From: an uncultured virus (IMG/VR IMGVR_UViG_3300037840_000096)
Lineage: Duplodnaviria > Heunggongvirae > Uroviricota > Caudoviricetes
Strand: one strand, 5' to 3'
Length of the DNA stretch: 64,000 bases
Virus record (IMG/VR): IMGVR_UViG_3300037840_000096
Shown one piece after another: positions 20,323 to 30,383 of the stretch. The stretch's first letter is position 1; every line of letters begins with the position of its first letter. The notes beneath the pieces are model-generated. The model had not been told where the DNA came from. It made no database searches and saw only the letters and a program-made list of their open reading frames with translations. Position numbers and translations under genes: made by a program.

Positions 20323-20994
20323 TTAGTGAGTGATAGCTGCTGCCTGCATGGTGGTGACCGGACCCGAGACGTAACTGTGGCTCATCCACACGCTGGTAGG
20401 AACGAGTCCTGCCAGAGGGTTTGCAGCCGGAGCCGTGGTGTCCCAGGTGAACACCCGCCCTCCCACGACGTACTCAGCGAGAACATCGCTGGAACTGGCG
20501 TCGAAGACGAAGTAGCCATTCTGTGGAGTGGACAGCACCAGGGCCGTAAGGTTATTTCCAGTCAGACTGAAAGTGGTCTGGAGAGGAATCCCAACAGTAA
20601 CAGCAGTGGAGGATGCAGGGAGGTTGGAACCACCCGAGACGCTGGCGATGGGGACCACAGCCCCAGCTACAGTCCCAGCCACAGCACCGTAGCACTGTCC
20701 TCCAGTCCAATAGATATCAATTCTTTGACCCGTGATGATGCCATGACTGGCATTGGTCATGGTCAGAGAGCCGGTCGTGTTGGTGGTGTGGGTGGTGAGA
20801 ACGCCGGGTTGGGCTGCCAGTACAGAGGCAGGGCTGGCGATGATGCCTTCGTTATCCGTAAGAGAAACCCCATCGCTCGCAGCGACAAAGCCAGAGACAT
20901 TGTGGGTGATGTTGAGAGACACCACTCCCAAGATGACCAGGCTCACGAACAAGAGCACTGCAATCAGACCAGCAACGAGCAAAGTCTCTATCAT
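20323..20994 (-). CDS. Hypothetical structural protein
   Basis: T/A/S/G-rich; between neck and tail genes; start uncertain. Confidence 0.5.
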   Translation of the reverse strand: MIETLLVAGLIAVLLFVSLVILGVVSLNITHNVSGFVAASDGVSLTDNEGIIASPASVLAAQPGVLTTHTTNTTGSLTMTNASHGIITGQRIDIYWTGGQCYGAVAGTVAGAVVPIASVSGGSNLPASSTAVTVGIPLQTTFSLTGNNLTALVLSTPQNGYFVFDASSSDVLAEYVVGGRVFTWDTTAPAANPLAGLVPTSVWMSHSYVSGPVTTMQAAAITH

Positions 20995-21005
20995 AAAAGG
21001 ACTCC

Positions 21006-21497
21006 TTAGCCTATCATCGGTTCTCTGTCCTGCATGGCCACTCTGGCATTTATGGTCCAGAGGTTTCGTTTCTTGTTGGGTTCTTCACCCAGATAGATCG
21101 GAGTCCCAACCAGATAGATACTCTTGAGGTAGTGGGGAGAGCCCACGCCGGCCAGGTCGGGAACGATCACAGTGGTATTATCTACAGAACTCAAGCCATT
21201 GGCAATAGCAAACTTGAGAGCATCTCCCGTGGGAAAGTCAAGAGCACGAATAGTGACTTTGATCCCGTGATGGCTCAGGTACTTGCCATCTAGTTGCCTT
21301 CTGGCAAAGAGGATACCCGCCACGTCTCGGATGTGAACCAGTTGATCTATCTCGTCTGGTATGGCAGCTACGAAGCAAAGTGTGGTCCCGTCCCCTGGAG
21401 TCTGAGAGAAAGGCACGAGTTCGTTGGCCAGGTCTGGCAGTTTTACCAGTCCCAGATCCACGAGAACAGATCGTGCCATCTCCGCTGGACTTGCCAC
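21006..21497 (-). CDS. Tail terminator-like (minor capsid family) protein
   Basis: Size, position and C-terminal PIYLGEE..KR..W.IN. Confidence 0.6.
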   Translation of the reverse strand: MASPAEMARSVLVDLGLVKLPDLANELVPFSQTPGDGTTLCFVAAIPDEIDQLVHIRDVAGILFARRQLDGKYLSHHGIKVTIRALDFPTGDALKFAIANGLSSVDNTTVIVPDLAGVGSPHYLKSIYLVGTPIYLGEEPNKKRNLWTINARVAMQDREPMIG

Positions 21498-21498
21498 G

Positions 21499-21960
21499 TT
21501 ACCTCATGTGGGTGTGAAACACAGTCCTCAACTCTGCAAGACCTTCCCGCAAAGGCGTTGCCAGGAACTCAATCTGTCCTGGAGAATGTGGAAGACGCAC
21601 ATTCGCAAAATCGACTTTGCCCGCTTCGTGCATGAATACTGCATAGTTGTAAGGAACGCGGGTCACAGATTTTCCTTCTCTGGGGGAGAACACATTCTCA
21701 TAGATGTCCCCTTCGATCCCGTATCCCACGATGATCTTGACGGCGAAGCCTGTTCCTTCCTCCCTGACGTGACTGCTTTCCTGGAGAGAGCCTGTGTCAT
21801 CAGGGCAAAGTGCCAAAGACTTTTCGTGGAGATGCTTCCCCGTTGCCAGCATAGCGGCTTTGAGTTTGGCAATGGGAATGCACTGTCCACTCCTGATCCG
21901 AGCAGCAGTAGCTCCGGCACCTCTGTGTGTGAAAGTGAAACGAATCATTAGACGTAACAC
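21499..21960 (-). CDS. HK97 gp10-like neck/tail-completion protein
   Basis: CPDDTGSLQES...YAVFMHE...EFL motifs. Confidence 0.7.
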   Translation of the reverse strand: MLRLMIRFTFTHRGAGATAARIRSGQCIPIAKLKAAMLATGKHLHEKSLALCPDDTGSLQESSHVREEGTGFAVKIIVGYGIEGDIYENVFSPREGKSVTRVPYNYAVFMHEAGKVDFANVRLPHSPGQIEFLATPLREGLAELRTVFHTHMR

Positions 21961-22319
21961 TCGCTGACGACGTTGGTTCCCCGGATGTCTGGAGTGGTGT
22001 TGTTCTTTATAACTTCCCTGCCTCCCTGTCCGGCTGTGGGGAGAGCAGGCCAGTTAGGAAGGGCCTCCCAGGAGAGCAAAGTCCCTAAGTAAACCCAGGA
22101 CCCTACTGCTACTCCCGGAGGAGTCATGAGGATGTAAGCATGACTCATAACCTTCCTCTGGTCCGGTAACCAGATCTCCTGAACCTTATCCTCCCACCTT
22201 GCCGGCATCTCCACGGGATCAGCGAAGGTAGGTTTGCCAAAGTTATCGCTGCCGATCTTGGCCCAGACCACAATGGTCTGGTTGGTGAACTTCCTGACTA
22301 CAGCAGCGAGATTGGCCAT
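21948..22319 (-). CDS. Head-closure protein
   Basis: DNFGKPTF..PVE..ARWED motif; position. Confidence 0.6.
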   Translation of the reverse strand: MANLAAVVRKFTNQTIVVWAKIGSDNFGKPTFADPVEMPARWEDKVQEIWLPDQRKVMSHAYILMTPPGVAVGSWVYLGTLLSWEALPNWPALPTAGQGGREVIKNNTTPDIRGTNVVSECYV

Positions 22320-22333
22320 GACCAAAGTCCCTA

Positions 22334-22780
22334 TCACTGAGAAATCGTAATGTCTGCCCCGTAGCTTACGTCCCCAGGATAGCGGTCCCTCTTGCCAAGC
22401 CAGATCAGAGCAACATTGATCTGACGCTTCACCTGATTGGTATTGGAGACTGCTGCCAGGAGTCCCTTGTAGTCCAGCATCATCGCTTGCTGGCCATACA
22501 TGGAATTGAACAACATCAGCTTTACATCGTACTGATAGCGAACGGCCACGGTGCCAGCTTTGGCAGCAGCGAGTTGGTTGTCGAAGATGGTGTAGAGGTG
22601 AGCCGAGAGCCAACGCTCTATCAACTCCATTGTGGAACCGATTCCGGTGTCATCGTAACCACCCGGCCCGCAGATGTTGGTGGTAAGACTGTTGGCAGCA
22701 GCGATGAAAGGAGTCAAATCCACGTTGGGCGTCGTAGCTATGATTCCTTCTACCAGTGCTGCTGTTGTCCTGACCGCCAT
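22334..22780 (-). CDS. Head-tail adaptor protein
   Basis: IERWLSAH...SMYGQQA motifs; position after capsid. Confidence 0.65.
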   Translation of the reverse strand: MAVRTTAALVEGIIATTPNVDLTPFIAAANSLTTNICGPGGYDDTGIGSTMELIERWLSAHLYTIFDNQLAAAKAGTVAVRYQYDVKLMLFNSMYGQQAMMLDYKGLLAAVSNTNQVKRQINVALIWLGKRDRYPGDVSYGADITISQ

Positions 22781-22783
22781 AGG

Positions 22784-23347
22784 TCACCCGTGGGAGACTC
22801 TCTCCGAGAGGTATCGCTCGATCCACTCGTCCACCTTTCCCGAACTCAACGGAGTCGGGTTCACTGGACGGTTAGGGGTGGTCCCCTCCGTGACCTGATG
22901 CTTGCCTCCGGGAGTCCTGAAGACCTTCAGGCCTTCATCGTAGGCCCTCTGGAAGCTGCTGGTGACATCCTGCCCCAGGGTTGACTCTGTGAGCTTGGGG
23001 GCGTCCTGGTCGGCTTTAGGGGCCACTGGAGCCCCCTGGGCACACAGTTTGGTGAACCCCCTCTCTGGCATGGTTTCCAGCCAGGAGCGGTCGGACTCCT
23101 CCCAGGCTCCAGCCTCTATAAGCTGGGAGACGAGCAGCTTCCTGGAATCGGAAACCGGGGAGGGAGGAGACAGGTGTGTGACCTTCTCGAACTTGTTCAA
23201 GAAGATCAGGTCCAAAGGCCGTTCAGATTCTATCGTGTCTCCGGCCTTGAAACACTTGATCCGATCCTGGTCGTGGCGGTTGGCTCCTGTCCAATCGGGG
23301 TTGCGATCCCAATGGGTGCCGCCTATGACCCTGTACTTCTCTGCCAT
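22784..23347 (-). CDS. Hypothetical protein
   Basis: GGAG RBS; follows capsid gene. Confidence 0.55.
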   Translation of the reverse strand: MAEKYRVIGGTHWDRNPDWTGANRHDQDRIKCFKAGDTIESERPLDLIFLNKFEKVTHLSPPSPVSDSRKLLVSQLIEAGAWEESDRSWLETMPERGFTKLCAQGAPVAPKADQDAPKLTESTLGQDVTSSFQRAYDEGLKVFRTPGGKHQVTEGTTPNRPVNPTPLSSGKVDEWIERYLSERVSHG

Positions 23348-23385
23348 GTGTCTCTCCAAAGTCCCTATGTCAAGGACCTTAAGCA

Positions 23386-24582
23386 TCACGAACCATGCAC
23401 GACACCTGTGTTTCCGAAGAAATCTCCCCTTAGTTGAGGGAGAATGACGCACATAACTTTGAAGTTCAGGAGCATTCCGCCGTGGGACTCCCACTGAACC
23501 GTGGTGATATCCATGCCGATGACCATGCGAATCACATCCGTGGTCATCTGTACGAGGATGATACTCATGTCCGGGATGTAGTCCACCGTCCGCACGTCCA
23601 GGATGCCGTCGATCTCCCGGATACGCTGCCTGAGCGTCATGTCGTTGTAGGTAGGCTTGTAGTCGTCATCCATGTACGGATCCCACCCCAGCCCGACATA
23701 GCACTGCCAGGGGCCGTAGTGGAAAGCCTGCTGGGACAACTTCTTCATCTGAAGAACGTCGTCCACGGTGTTCTGGGGAATCCAACCCGCAGAGGTGGGC
23801 TGAACGATGGAGTAGGTGATCCTACCCGTGAAGTTCATCAGCCCCTGGATTGTCCCTCCACCCCAGGTGTAGCTGTTCACACCCTGAAGCTGTCCAGGGG
23901 TGGTGAGGTTGGTGTTGGCCGTGCAGCCCAAGGTGAGTTGCTCCACCTGCTCTGCCACTCGCCTGCCAGCGAGTTCAGCCGTAGTGGTGTCCAGCGGGCT
24001 GTAGCCAGTGCGGGATGCCAGCACCTGCCGCAACGGGAACTGAAAGTCCTTGTGAATGATCGGAATGGGGAAGTTGATGAGGCCGAACACCGGTCGGTCG
24101 GACTCACTCTGCCGCAGAGCGTCCATGCTGATGATGGCACCAGTGATATCCGACTGCTGCTGGAACTGCATCACCGTCTTGGCAATGCCATTGGGCAGCA
24201 TGTAGACCAGACCCGCTTCGCGAATGTCCTTGGCCACTCGCAGACGGGGTTTGGATGCCCGGACAATCGCCTCATCCAGTTGAATCCAGTCCAGGACCCG
24301 TAGAGTCGCGTTGGTGTCATTGCGAAGCAGAACCGCTTTGCCATGAGTCACCATCTTCCTTTGCTTGGAGTCCCAGGAAACCTGATTCCTGGTGATGTAG
24401 CTCTGCTCTCTCCCGTAGCGATCCCTGGCCCGATATGGACGCATGGCCCCCACGTCCAACTCGTTCTCCAGCAGCAGCCTGGCCCAATTCCCAGAAGCGT
24501 AGTTCTCGCTGGGAACCATGTAGTCCATGTGCGGCGGGGCATCGGGATCGGGATTGAAGTTTTCCAGCAGATCAAGGGCCAT
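23386..24582 (-). CDS. Major capsid protein (HK97 fold, encapsulin/linocin-like family)
   Basis: PIPIIHKDF, PLDTT.AE.AGRRVAE, GNTGVVH; GAGGAG RBS; strongly biased codons. Confidence 0.85.
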   Translation of the reverse strand: MALDLLENFNPDPDAPPHMDYMVPSENYASGNWARLLLENELDVGAMRPYRARDRYGREQSYITRNQVSWDSKQRKMVTHGKAVLLRNDTNATLRVLDWIQLDEAIVRASKPRLRVAKDIREAGLVYMLPNGIAKTVMQFQQQSDITGAIISMDALRQSESDRPVFGLINFPIPIIHKDFQFPLRQVLASRTGYSPLDTTTAELAGRRVAEQVEQLTLGCTANTNLTTPGQLQGVNSYTWGGGTIQGLMNFTGRITYSIVQPTSAGWIPQNTVDDVLQMKKLSQQAFHYGPWQCYVGLGWDPYMDDDYKPTYNDMTLRQRIREIDGILDVRTVDYIPDMSIILVQMTTDVIRMVIGMDITTVQWESHGGMLLNFKVMCVILPQLRGDFFGNTGVVHGS

Positions 24583-24619
24583 GACTTCTCCTCGGGAATA
24601 GGGACTTTGCCCTTGAGTC

Positions 24620-25567
24620 TTATGGAACGTAGCAGCGGATGAAGGCTGCCGTGTTGAAGCCACTCACCGGGTTACTGCCAGCCCCCGCAGAGTTGTTGAT
24701 TGCCTCTGCGGAGTAGAGGATGGTGCTGCTTCCCCCGGCCCGTTGCAGGTCGATCTCGAACTCTTGCAGAGCGATGACGTTGCCCGCACTGGTAGCGGAA
24801 ACCGTCGCTGTGACTGTCACTGCCTCTGTCACAGTCGTATCGATAGTAGTCGCTGCGACAGTAGCTGGAGTTTCAGTTGGGGTTCCGGCGGGGTTGACTG
24901 TGGTGACCACATCCGCTACGAGCTTACCGCCTGTTCCAACGGAGCGGATAGTCATGAAGATATCGAAACTGGCGAAGTTCCCAGCAGCGAGAGCGGAAGC
25001 ACCGCAGTCAGCCAGAAGGGTTGACCCGATCAACACCTTCACCTGATGGGTGTTGGTCGAGTTCTGAGCAGACACCACGGCTTTGCCGTGGATGTGGTAC
25101 ACATCCCCAGCCTGGAGAGTGTTGGCTGCGAAGGTGTAGGTGCCGTTGGAGAAGGTAGTTGGTCCAGGAAGGTTGGTGATGTTGGCAGAAGCCGCCAGGA
25201 TCTGGTAGAGAACGGACGAGAAGGTTGCTGTGGAAGCAATCAGCGTCCCATCCCCGGCACTCATAAGCGGGGTCTGAGCAGCCACGTTCTGACCGTTCTG
25301 GAGAAGGCACAGAAACTCATCACCCCTGGCTGGCCGGTAGAATGAGGTGGCATCACCAGACGGGAGTTTCTGAGTGATATCCAAACCACGCAGAGCCTCT
25401 TCTGTGGCGATCAGAAGGGGATTCACCCCTCCCACAACATTGTGGGGAATGACGTGATTGCTGCTATTTTGCAGCAGGATCATCCCCGGCCAGGCGTCAG
25501 CATCAGAGATTGCCTCATCGTGCCGGCCTCGGGAGATCAGCACAATCCTGTTAGGGGTAAGGCTCAT
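24620..25567 (-). CDS. Capsid decoration/cement-like protein with an inserted domain
   Basis: Between protease and MCP; PGM...L.SAGDGTL...AE pattern split by a ~150 aa insert. Confidence 0.55.
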   Translation of the reverse strand: MSLTPNRIVLISRGRHDEAISDADAWPGMILLQNSSNHVIPHNVVGGVNPLLIATEEALRGLDITQKLPSGDATSFYRPARGDEFLCLLQNGQNVAAQTPLMSAGDGTLIASTATFSSVLYQILAASANITNLPGPTTFSNGTYTFAANTLQAGDVYHIHGKAVVSAQNSTNTHQVKVLIGSTLLADCGASALAAGNFASFDIFMTIRSVGTGGKLVADVVTTVNPAGTPTETPATVAATTIDTTVTEAVTVTATVSATSAGNVIALQEFEIDLQRAGGSSTILYSAEAINNSAGAGSNPVSGFNTAAFIRCYVP

Positions 25568-25620
25568 GTGTTACTTCCAATCTCCTGAAGAGGACTCAGG
25601 CCCATAGAGACTTTGCCCGG

Positions 25621-27621
25621 TCAGTTGCCGTTCTTTTGCGGAGTGAAGTCCCACACCGGCAGTTGCAACGTTTCAGGCTCATACTGCTGGTTGTTGGTCA
25701 GCTGAGGTTCGCCCTGGAACATCGGGATGTCAGCCTGACCGCCGTAGTTCATCACCGGACGGGGAGCCTGAGCCGGCTGCACCAGATCGGCCATCCCGCG
25801 TAGCATGGGGATAGCCAAGGTCTGGAGATACTGCGGGGTGAAGCGGTTGCCACGGCTGTTGGTGATGAGCCCAACCAGCCTGGTCTTCTCGGCGTTCTGG
25901 CTGGCCACGAGTTCCATGAGCCCTTCTCGGATGCCGGATGGTGCGTTGGCGATGTACTGCTCTGTGGTCTGCTGGCTCATGTTGTGTGATCCGTGTACGG
26001 AACTACGATCCCCGATGCCCTCGTAGGAGTAACGGCCGGCGATGGGTTCAGTGGCTCCCTTCATGACGTACTTGCTCACCTTCTCCCAGCCGTCGTCGGG
26101 AAGGTCCATGAACCACTTCTTGTCGTCCTCGTGGACTCCCAGCTTGTCCACCATCGCCTTCCGGGACTGCGTCTTGTGATCTTCGCTGTCACCCTTGCCA
26201 CCGGGATTCATAGGGTGGTGAGTCCTCACCTGGCCGTCTGATTGCGGGTGCTCCGGGGGAAGGTTGGCGTCGAACTGTCCCATGCCGGGATCGTGAAGGA
26301 GTTCGTGGGCTCCCTGGTGGATGGCATTGAGGGTCAGCTTCTGATCCCTCGCCATTTGGAACAGACGGTTGAGCGTCTGGAGATGCTTCTGGGTGATGGT
26401 AGGAGTCGCCACGATCTGTCCCTCTTGATTCACTGAATAGGGACTTTGCGTCCCATCAATCGGCTCTTTCCGCCGGTATTCGCTCACACGTTCTACTTCT
26501 TCCGGTTCGCCATCAAACCGGATCATATCATCATCGTAGGTGTATGGCAAGCGGAATTGTTTACCATCTTTGCTGTAGACAGCGTAGTTGGCATAAAGGT
26601 CGGTCACCCAACCACCCCAATCACCCTCTTGCATGACGCCCGAGTAGTGCTGCTCCAGTGCCTTTTGCATCTGCTGCCGCTTCATCGGATCAGAGAGATC
26701 ACTGGCTTTTGGCTTGGGCATTTTGAGAGGGCCTTGCTTCTGCTCTCCGTCGTTGCTGATGAACTGCCCGTTCATGGTGATGTATCCCTCTCCCTGAACC
26801 TGCTCGTTGTTGGCAGTGACGTAGGAGGTGACCTTCCGTACCTCTTCAGGCTCTCCATCAATAGAGACTTTGCCACTGCGAACCTTGTACCCCACCTTGT
26901 AGCACTTGTCGTCGCATTCAACAATAGCGTACTTGGAGTACACATCCCGAACCCAATGCCACTTGCTCGTGTTGCCCTCTGAGATAAGATCCGGACTTTT
27001 GGGATTGAGGCAGGAACGGATTTGGTCGCGGATATCCTCAAACGACAACTCAGTGGTGGTCTTGTCTGCGTTTCTGAGAAGACCAGCCCCGTCCTGAATG
27101 GAACAGGCTCCCTTCTGATCGTAGAGAACCGCCAGGTGGTCAGGTTGCATATTGACCACTTCGGCGTTGTAGGCTTCTCCGTTCCAGGTGCCAGGAGTTT
27201 CGTTCAGTCCATGATAGAGTCCCGTGGAGACTTCCACCATCTTGTTGTTGTTGAGAGCGTCCAGAATCCTGCTGTCGATCCTCTTGAGCTTCTCTTCCTC
27301 CAACCACGCTTCCATCTTGAGCCGGCCGTCATAGGAGGAGTTGAATGTAAGCCCCACCCCCTGGGATTCAACTACGGTTGGATCGCAAGCACTCACGCCC
27401 TCTCCATTGAGGACGGGATGATAGACCACCACGGGGCGGTGATTCCAAGCCATCGGGTTCCTGGCCAACTCCTCTTTCTTGTAGAGAAGTGGACCCTCGC
27501 TGCCCGTATGGACCCCCTCCGTCAGAGCCACAGCAGGAACGACGAGGTACTGCTTGCCATTCAGCGTCTCGTAACGCTTCTTGGCACCAACGAAGTTCAG
27601 CGTGACTCGTGTGTATGGCAT
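25621..27621 (-). CDS. Head maturation protease/scaffold (DUF2213-like)
   Basis: WNHRPVVVYHP, EVSTG, PDHLAVL..GACS..DGAG. Confidence 0.75.
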   Translation of the reverse strand: MPYTRVTLNFVGAKKRYETLNGKQYLVVPAVALTEGVHTGSEGPLLYKKEELARNPMAWNHRPVVVYHPVLNGEGVSACDPTVVESQGVGLTFNSSYDGRLKMEAWLEEEKLKRIDSRILDALNNNKMVEVSTGLYHGLNETPGTWNGEAYNAEVVNMQPDHLAVLYDQKGACSIQDGAGLLRNADKTTTELSFEDIRDQIRSCLNPKSPDLISEGNTSKWHWVRDVYSKYAIVECDDKCYKVGYKVRSGKVSIDGEPEEVRKVTSYVTANNEQVQGEGYITMNGQFISNDGEQKQGPLKMPKPKASDLSDPMKRQQMQKALEQHYSGVMQEGDWGGWVTDLYANYAVYSKDGKQFRLPYTYDDDMIRFDGEPEEVERVSEYRRKEPIDGTQSPYSVNQEGQIVATPTITQKHLQTLNRLFQMARDQKLTLNAIHQGAHELLHDPGMGQFDANLPPEHPQSDGQVRTHHPMNPGGKGDSEDHKTQSRKAMVDKLGVHEDDKKWFMDLPDDGWEKVSKYVMKGATEPIAGRYSYEGIGDRSSVHGSHNMSQQTTEQYIANAPSGIREGLMELVASQNAEKTRLVGLITNSRGNRFTPQYLQTLAIPMLRGMADLVQPAQAPRPVMNYGGQADIPMFQGEPQLTNNQQYEPETLQLPVWDFTPQKNGN

Positions 27622-27658
27622 GGAGCAAAGTCCCTATGGGCTGGTAGCACCCAGATCC

Positions 27659-27835
27659 TCAGCCCTTGATGACGAATCCGAAGACCTTCCACCCCAGGAG
27701 AAAGAGCAGGATGAAGAGAAGAAGGTTCCCGCCGAAGACCCCGTAGTTGCCAGTCCCGAACTCTCCTCTGTTCCAGTACAGGCCGAACAACAGCCACAGT
27801 AGCATGAGAATCCAGAAAATCATGCTGATTTCCAC
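27659..27835 (-). CDS. Small two-TM membrane protein
   Basis: IFWILMLLWLLFGL and LLLFILLFLLGW. Confidence 0.55.
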   Translation of the reverse strand: MEISMIFWILMLLWLLFGLYWNRGEFGTGNYGVFGGNLLLFILLFLLGWKVFGFVIKG

Positions 27836-27845
27836 TTCGCACCTC

Positions 27846-28166
27846 TTACTTTCTTTCCACGGCACGGGTTTGCGTGTCGATGGCTTGTTTGAGGATTGTT
27901 GTCTGCTCATCCACCGCTTTGCGGACGTTCACCAACTCCGTCCGGTTCGCAGTCGCCACTTCCGCAGCCAGACGAGACACCTCTTCCAGCTTCACGGTTT
28001 GCAGGGCTACATGCTCCTTCATCGTGGCCAACAGGCTCATATGAGCCTGAACTACCGGCTCAACGACAGCAGTGCGTGCCCACGCCAACACCTTCCACAG
28101 TCCCAGAACAAGGACAGCGAGAAGGGTCATGGGAAGCCCGTAGTTAACAACTTGTGCCCAATCCAT
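27846..28166 (-). CDS. Holin-like membrane protein
   Basis: N-terminal TM followed by a coiled coil. Confidence 0.4.
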   Translation of the reverse strand: MDWAQVVNYGLPMTLLAVLVLGLWKVLAWARTAVVEPVVQAHMSLLATMKEHVALQTVKLEEVSRLAAEVATANRTELVNVRKAVDEQTTILKQAIDTQTRAVERK

Positions 28167-28167
28167 T

Positions 28168-28782
28168 TCAGTGCCCCTTCATTATCAGTATGGATATGAT
28201 GACCGCAGCAGCAGAAACCAATCCAGCGACGCCAACAATGATCCCCCACAGGTTTCCAGCCCCGGTCGCCTTCCCTTCAATGATCGTGAGACGGGATTTG
28301 ATGTCATCTATCTTATCGTTGAACCCGGCGGTGTTCGTTTGGATGATGACACCGATCTGATCGATTTGCTTTGTGGTCGCGGCTTCACTTTTGGCAATGG
28401 CCATAGCAGAACTTTTATTCTGCTCTCCCACAGCTTCTTTGGCCGCTTGAAGGGCAGCATCCACAGCGACTTTGGAGTCTCTCGACGTTTGCTCGGTGCG
28501 AGTGTCTCGCTCGACGAACTGAATGGCAACGGAGCGGAACTTCTCCTCGTGCAGCCTCTGAAGCTGCATTATCTGAGACTCGATAAAATTCGGCTGCTTG
28601 TCGGTGGTTTTCTGAAGGAGTTCAATGGCCTTATCCATGCCATCAAGACGAGTCTCGATGAGTTCCCTTACTATCGCCACTTCCCGCCACAACTGCTGTG
28701 TAGTAAGGACAGTGGGATCGGGAACAGGTCGCAATGTCCCATCCGTTGCCAAAGTTGGTGCAATAGATACTGGATCTGGCAT
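28168..28782 (-). CDS. Coiled-coil protein with C-terminal membrane anchor
   Basis: Coiled coil, then WGIIVGVAGLVSAAAVIISIL. Confidence 0.55.
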   Translation of the reverse strand: MPDPVSIAPTLATDGTLRPVPDPTVLTTQQLWREVAIVRELIETRLDGMDKAIELLQKTTDKQPNFIESQIMQLQRLHEEKFRSVAIQFVERDTRTEQTSRDSKVAVDAALQAAKEAVGEQNKSSAMAIAKSEAATTKQIDQIGVIIQTNTAGFNDKIDDIKSRLTIIEGKATGAGNLWGIIVGVAGLVSAAAVIISILIMKGH

Positions 28783-28840
28783 GACACTCGACTCCAGAAA
28801 AAGCCGGCACTGGTGCTTGCCAGTGCCGGCTCCCGTCCGG

Positions 28841-29080
28841 TCAGGGCTTCTTGGGAGTGGCAGTCGCAGTCGGGGTAGCAGCGGCTCGGGCCACCGTGAC
28901 TGACGTGGCCGGGTTGCCGGAGAACTCCACCTTGTCGCCGGATCGCAGGTCGGCCAGGTTTGCCGTCTTGCCGTCCAGGGTGATGGTGGCGTGCAGATCC
29001 ACACTCATGCTGCCAGTGGTCCCGTCATCGTTCTTGAACGTGACGCTCTGACCGCTGATGTTGGTGATGGTCTTCGTCAT
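28841..29080 (-). CDS. Small OB-fold-like protein
   Basis: ITLDGKTANLADLRSGDKV; AAGGAG RBS. Confidence 0.5.
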   Translation of the reverse strand: MTKTITNISGQSVTFKNDDGTTGSMSVDLHATITLDGKTANLADLRSGDKVEFSGNPATSVTVARAAATPTATATPKKP

Positions 29081-29281
29081 GACAAACTCCTTTGGGATTC
29101 CGGGCGACCTTTGCTTACTTCTGGTGGCCAGCCTCGTCTTTGGTGTTGGCGTATAGGGCTCTCAACTGAGCGTTGGCCTTGCCCTTTAATTGAGGCTTGC
29201 TGCTGTAGGACTTGGAAGTTCCCTTGTGGAAAACCTTGTAGCCTCCCTTGGATTTTCGTATCTCGTAGGGCATGGCCAGCC

Positions 29282-29689
29282 TCAGAACTGGATTATTGGG
29301 GAGACGACGATGGAACCATCCGGCATGCACACCACCATGTAGTAGGCTACAGGAGAAGCAGTCTGGATGATGTTGAGATCGAACTGGCCCAGCTTGTTCG
29401 TAATCACGCTCACAGCCTTTGTCGCCGTGGGAGTGGCGATGAGAACACCGTTGGTGCCAATGACAATGGGAGAGGTAGGAACCGTGGCGGTCAGGGTGCT
29501 GCCATCAGCGTTGTCTGATAGGTACACATCGACATAGCCGATCTGAGCGATGTTCTGTCCCCGTGCATCCTGAAGCTGCACAGCCACATTGATTGTGTTT
29601 GTAGCCTTGGCTCCAACGGTAAACACCGACAGGTTGTAGGCAGTGTAGGCCCTGGCTGCGGCTTGCTTGGCTGGCTGTGGGTTCGGCAT
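29282..29689 (-). CDS. Hypothetical Ig-like protein
   Basis: Beta-rich; AAGGAG RBS. Confidence 0.5.
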   Translation of the reverse strand: MPNPQPAKQAAARAYTAYNLSVFTVGAKATNTINVAVQLQDARGQNIAQIGYVDVYLSDNADGSTLTATVPTSPIVIGTNGVLIATPTATKAVSVITNKLGQFDLNIIQTASPVAYYMVVCMPDGSIVVSPIIQF

Positions 29690-29728
29690 GGTAATCTCTC
29701 CTTGCTTTTAGCATAGGGACTTTGGCCC

Positions 29729-29775
29729 AAAAAGGGAAGAGGGGTGGAACCCCTGGCCGAGTTGTCCACCCCTCT
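29729..29775 (-). terminator. Rho-independent terminator
   Basis: Stem AGAGGGGTGGA/TCCACCCCTCT followed on - strand by TCCCTTTTT. Confidence 0.5.
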
Positions 29776-29834
29776 GCGGGTCACACACATAACCCGCCTT
29801 GTCCAGGAATCTGACTCTCCACCAGACTCCTGTT

Positions 29835-30218
29835 TCAAGGTTGCTTCTCCAACCGTACCCAGATACAACTGGCCCCGTGCTTCACAGGACCACAAAGAGT
29901 GCGAGGGTCCAACTCGATAGTGTAGCTCTGAAACAACTTTGGTTCACTTGTGTAACTCGTCTCAGTGATCCAGAGTTGTCCTTTGGAGTCCACACCCCAC
30001 GAACCCGTGTACTCTGCTCCCGGCCAGTGGCAGATATAAGTCCCATCTCTGGAGAACATCACCCTGGATCGCACATTGCTCCAGTGCATGATCCAGGAGC
30101 CCACCAACTGCTCTTTGCATAGAGACTTTGCTCTGGTAGTTTTCGGAAATGGAGCAGGAGCAGCATACAGTGTCGCTGTCATCACCAGAAGTAGTAACCC
30201 GACCAATCGGTTTCTCAC
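29835..30218 (-). CDS. Secreted planctomycete-type protein
   Basis: Signal peptide, then AAPAPFPK and LVGSW. Confidence 0.55.
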   Translation of the reverse strand: MRNRLVGLLLLVMTATLYAAPAPFPKTTRAKSLCKEQLVGSWIMHWSNVRSRVMFSRDGTYICHWPGAEYTGSWGVDSKGQLWITETSYTSEPKLFQSYTIELDPRTLCGPVKHGASCIWVRLEKQP

Positions 30219-30383
30219 GTCGCCCCTCGCGATCCCCGACTGATCGGGTTAGCTCCCCTATTTCAGGGTTTGCAAAGCGTGCATGTTGTACTGGATGACA
30301 TCCATCAACAGCACTTGCTGTGCTTCCAGATCCGCTACAGTCTGGGCCGAACTATCTGTTGTGCTCGGCTCCAACTCACCCCC

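Noticed and set aside
23434..24303. Long antisense ORFs (also 53034-53954, 61948-63015, 30975-31790)
   Set aside because: Shadows of codon-biased genes on the opposite strand; no protein motifs
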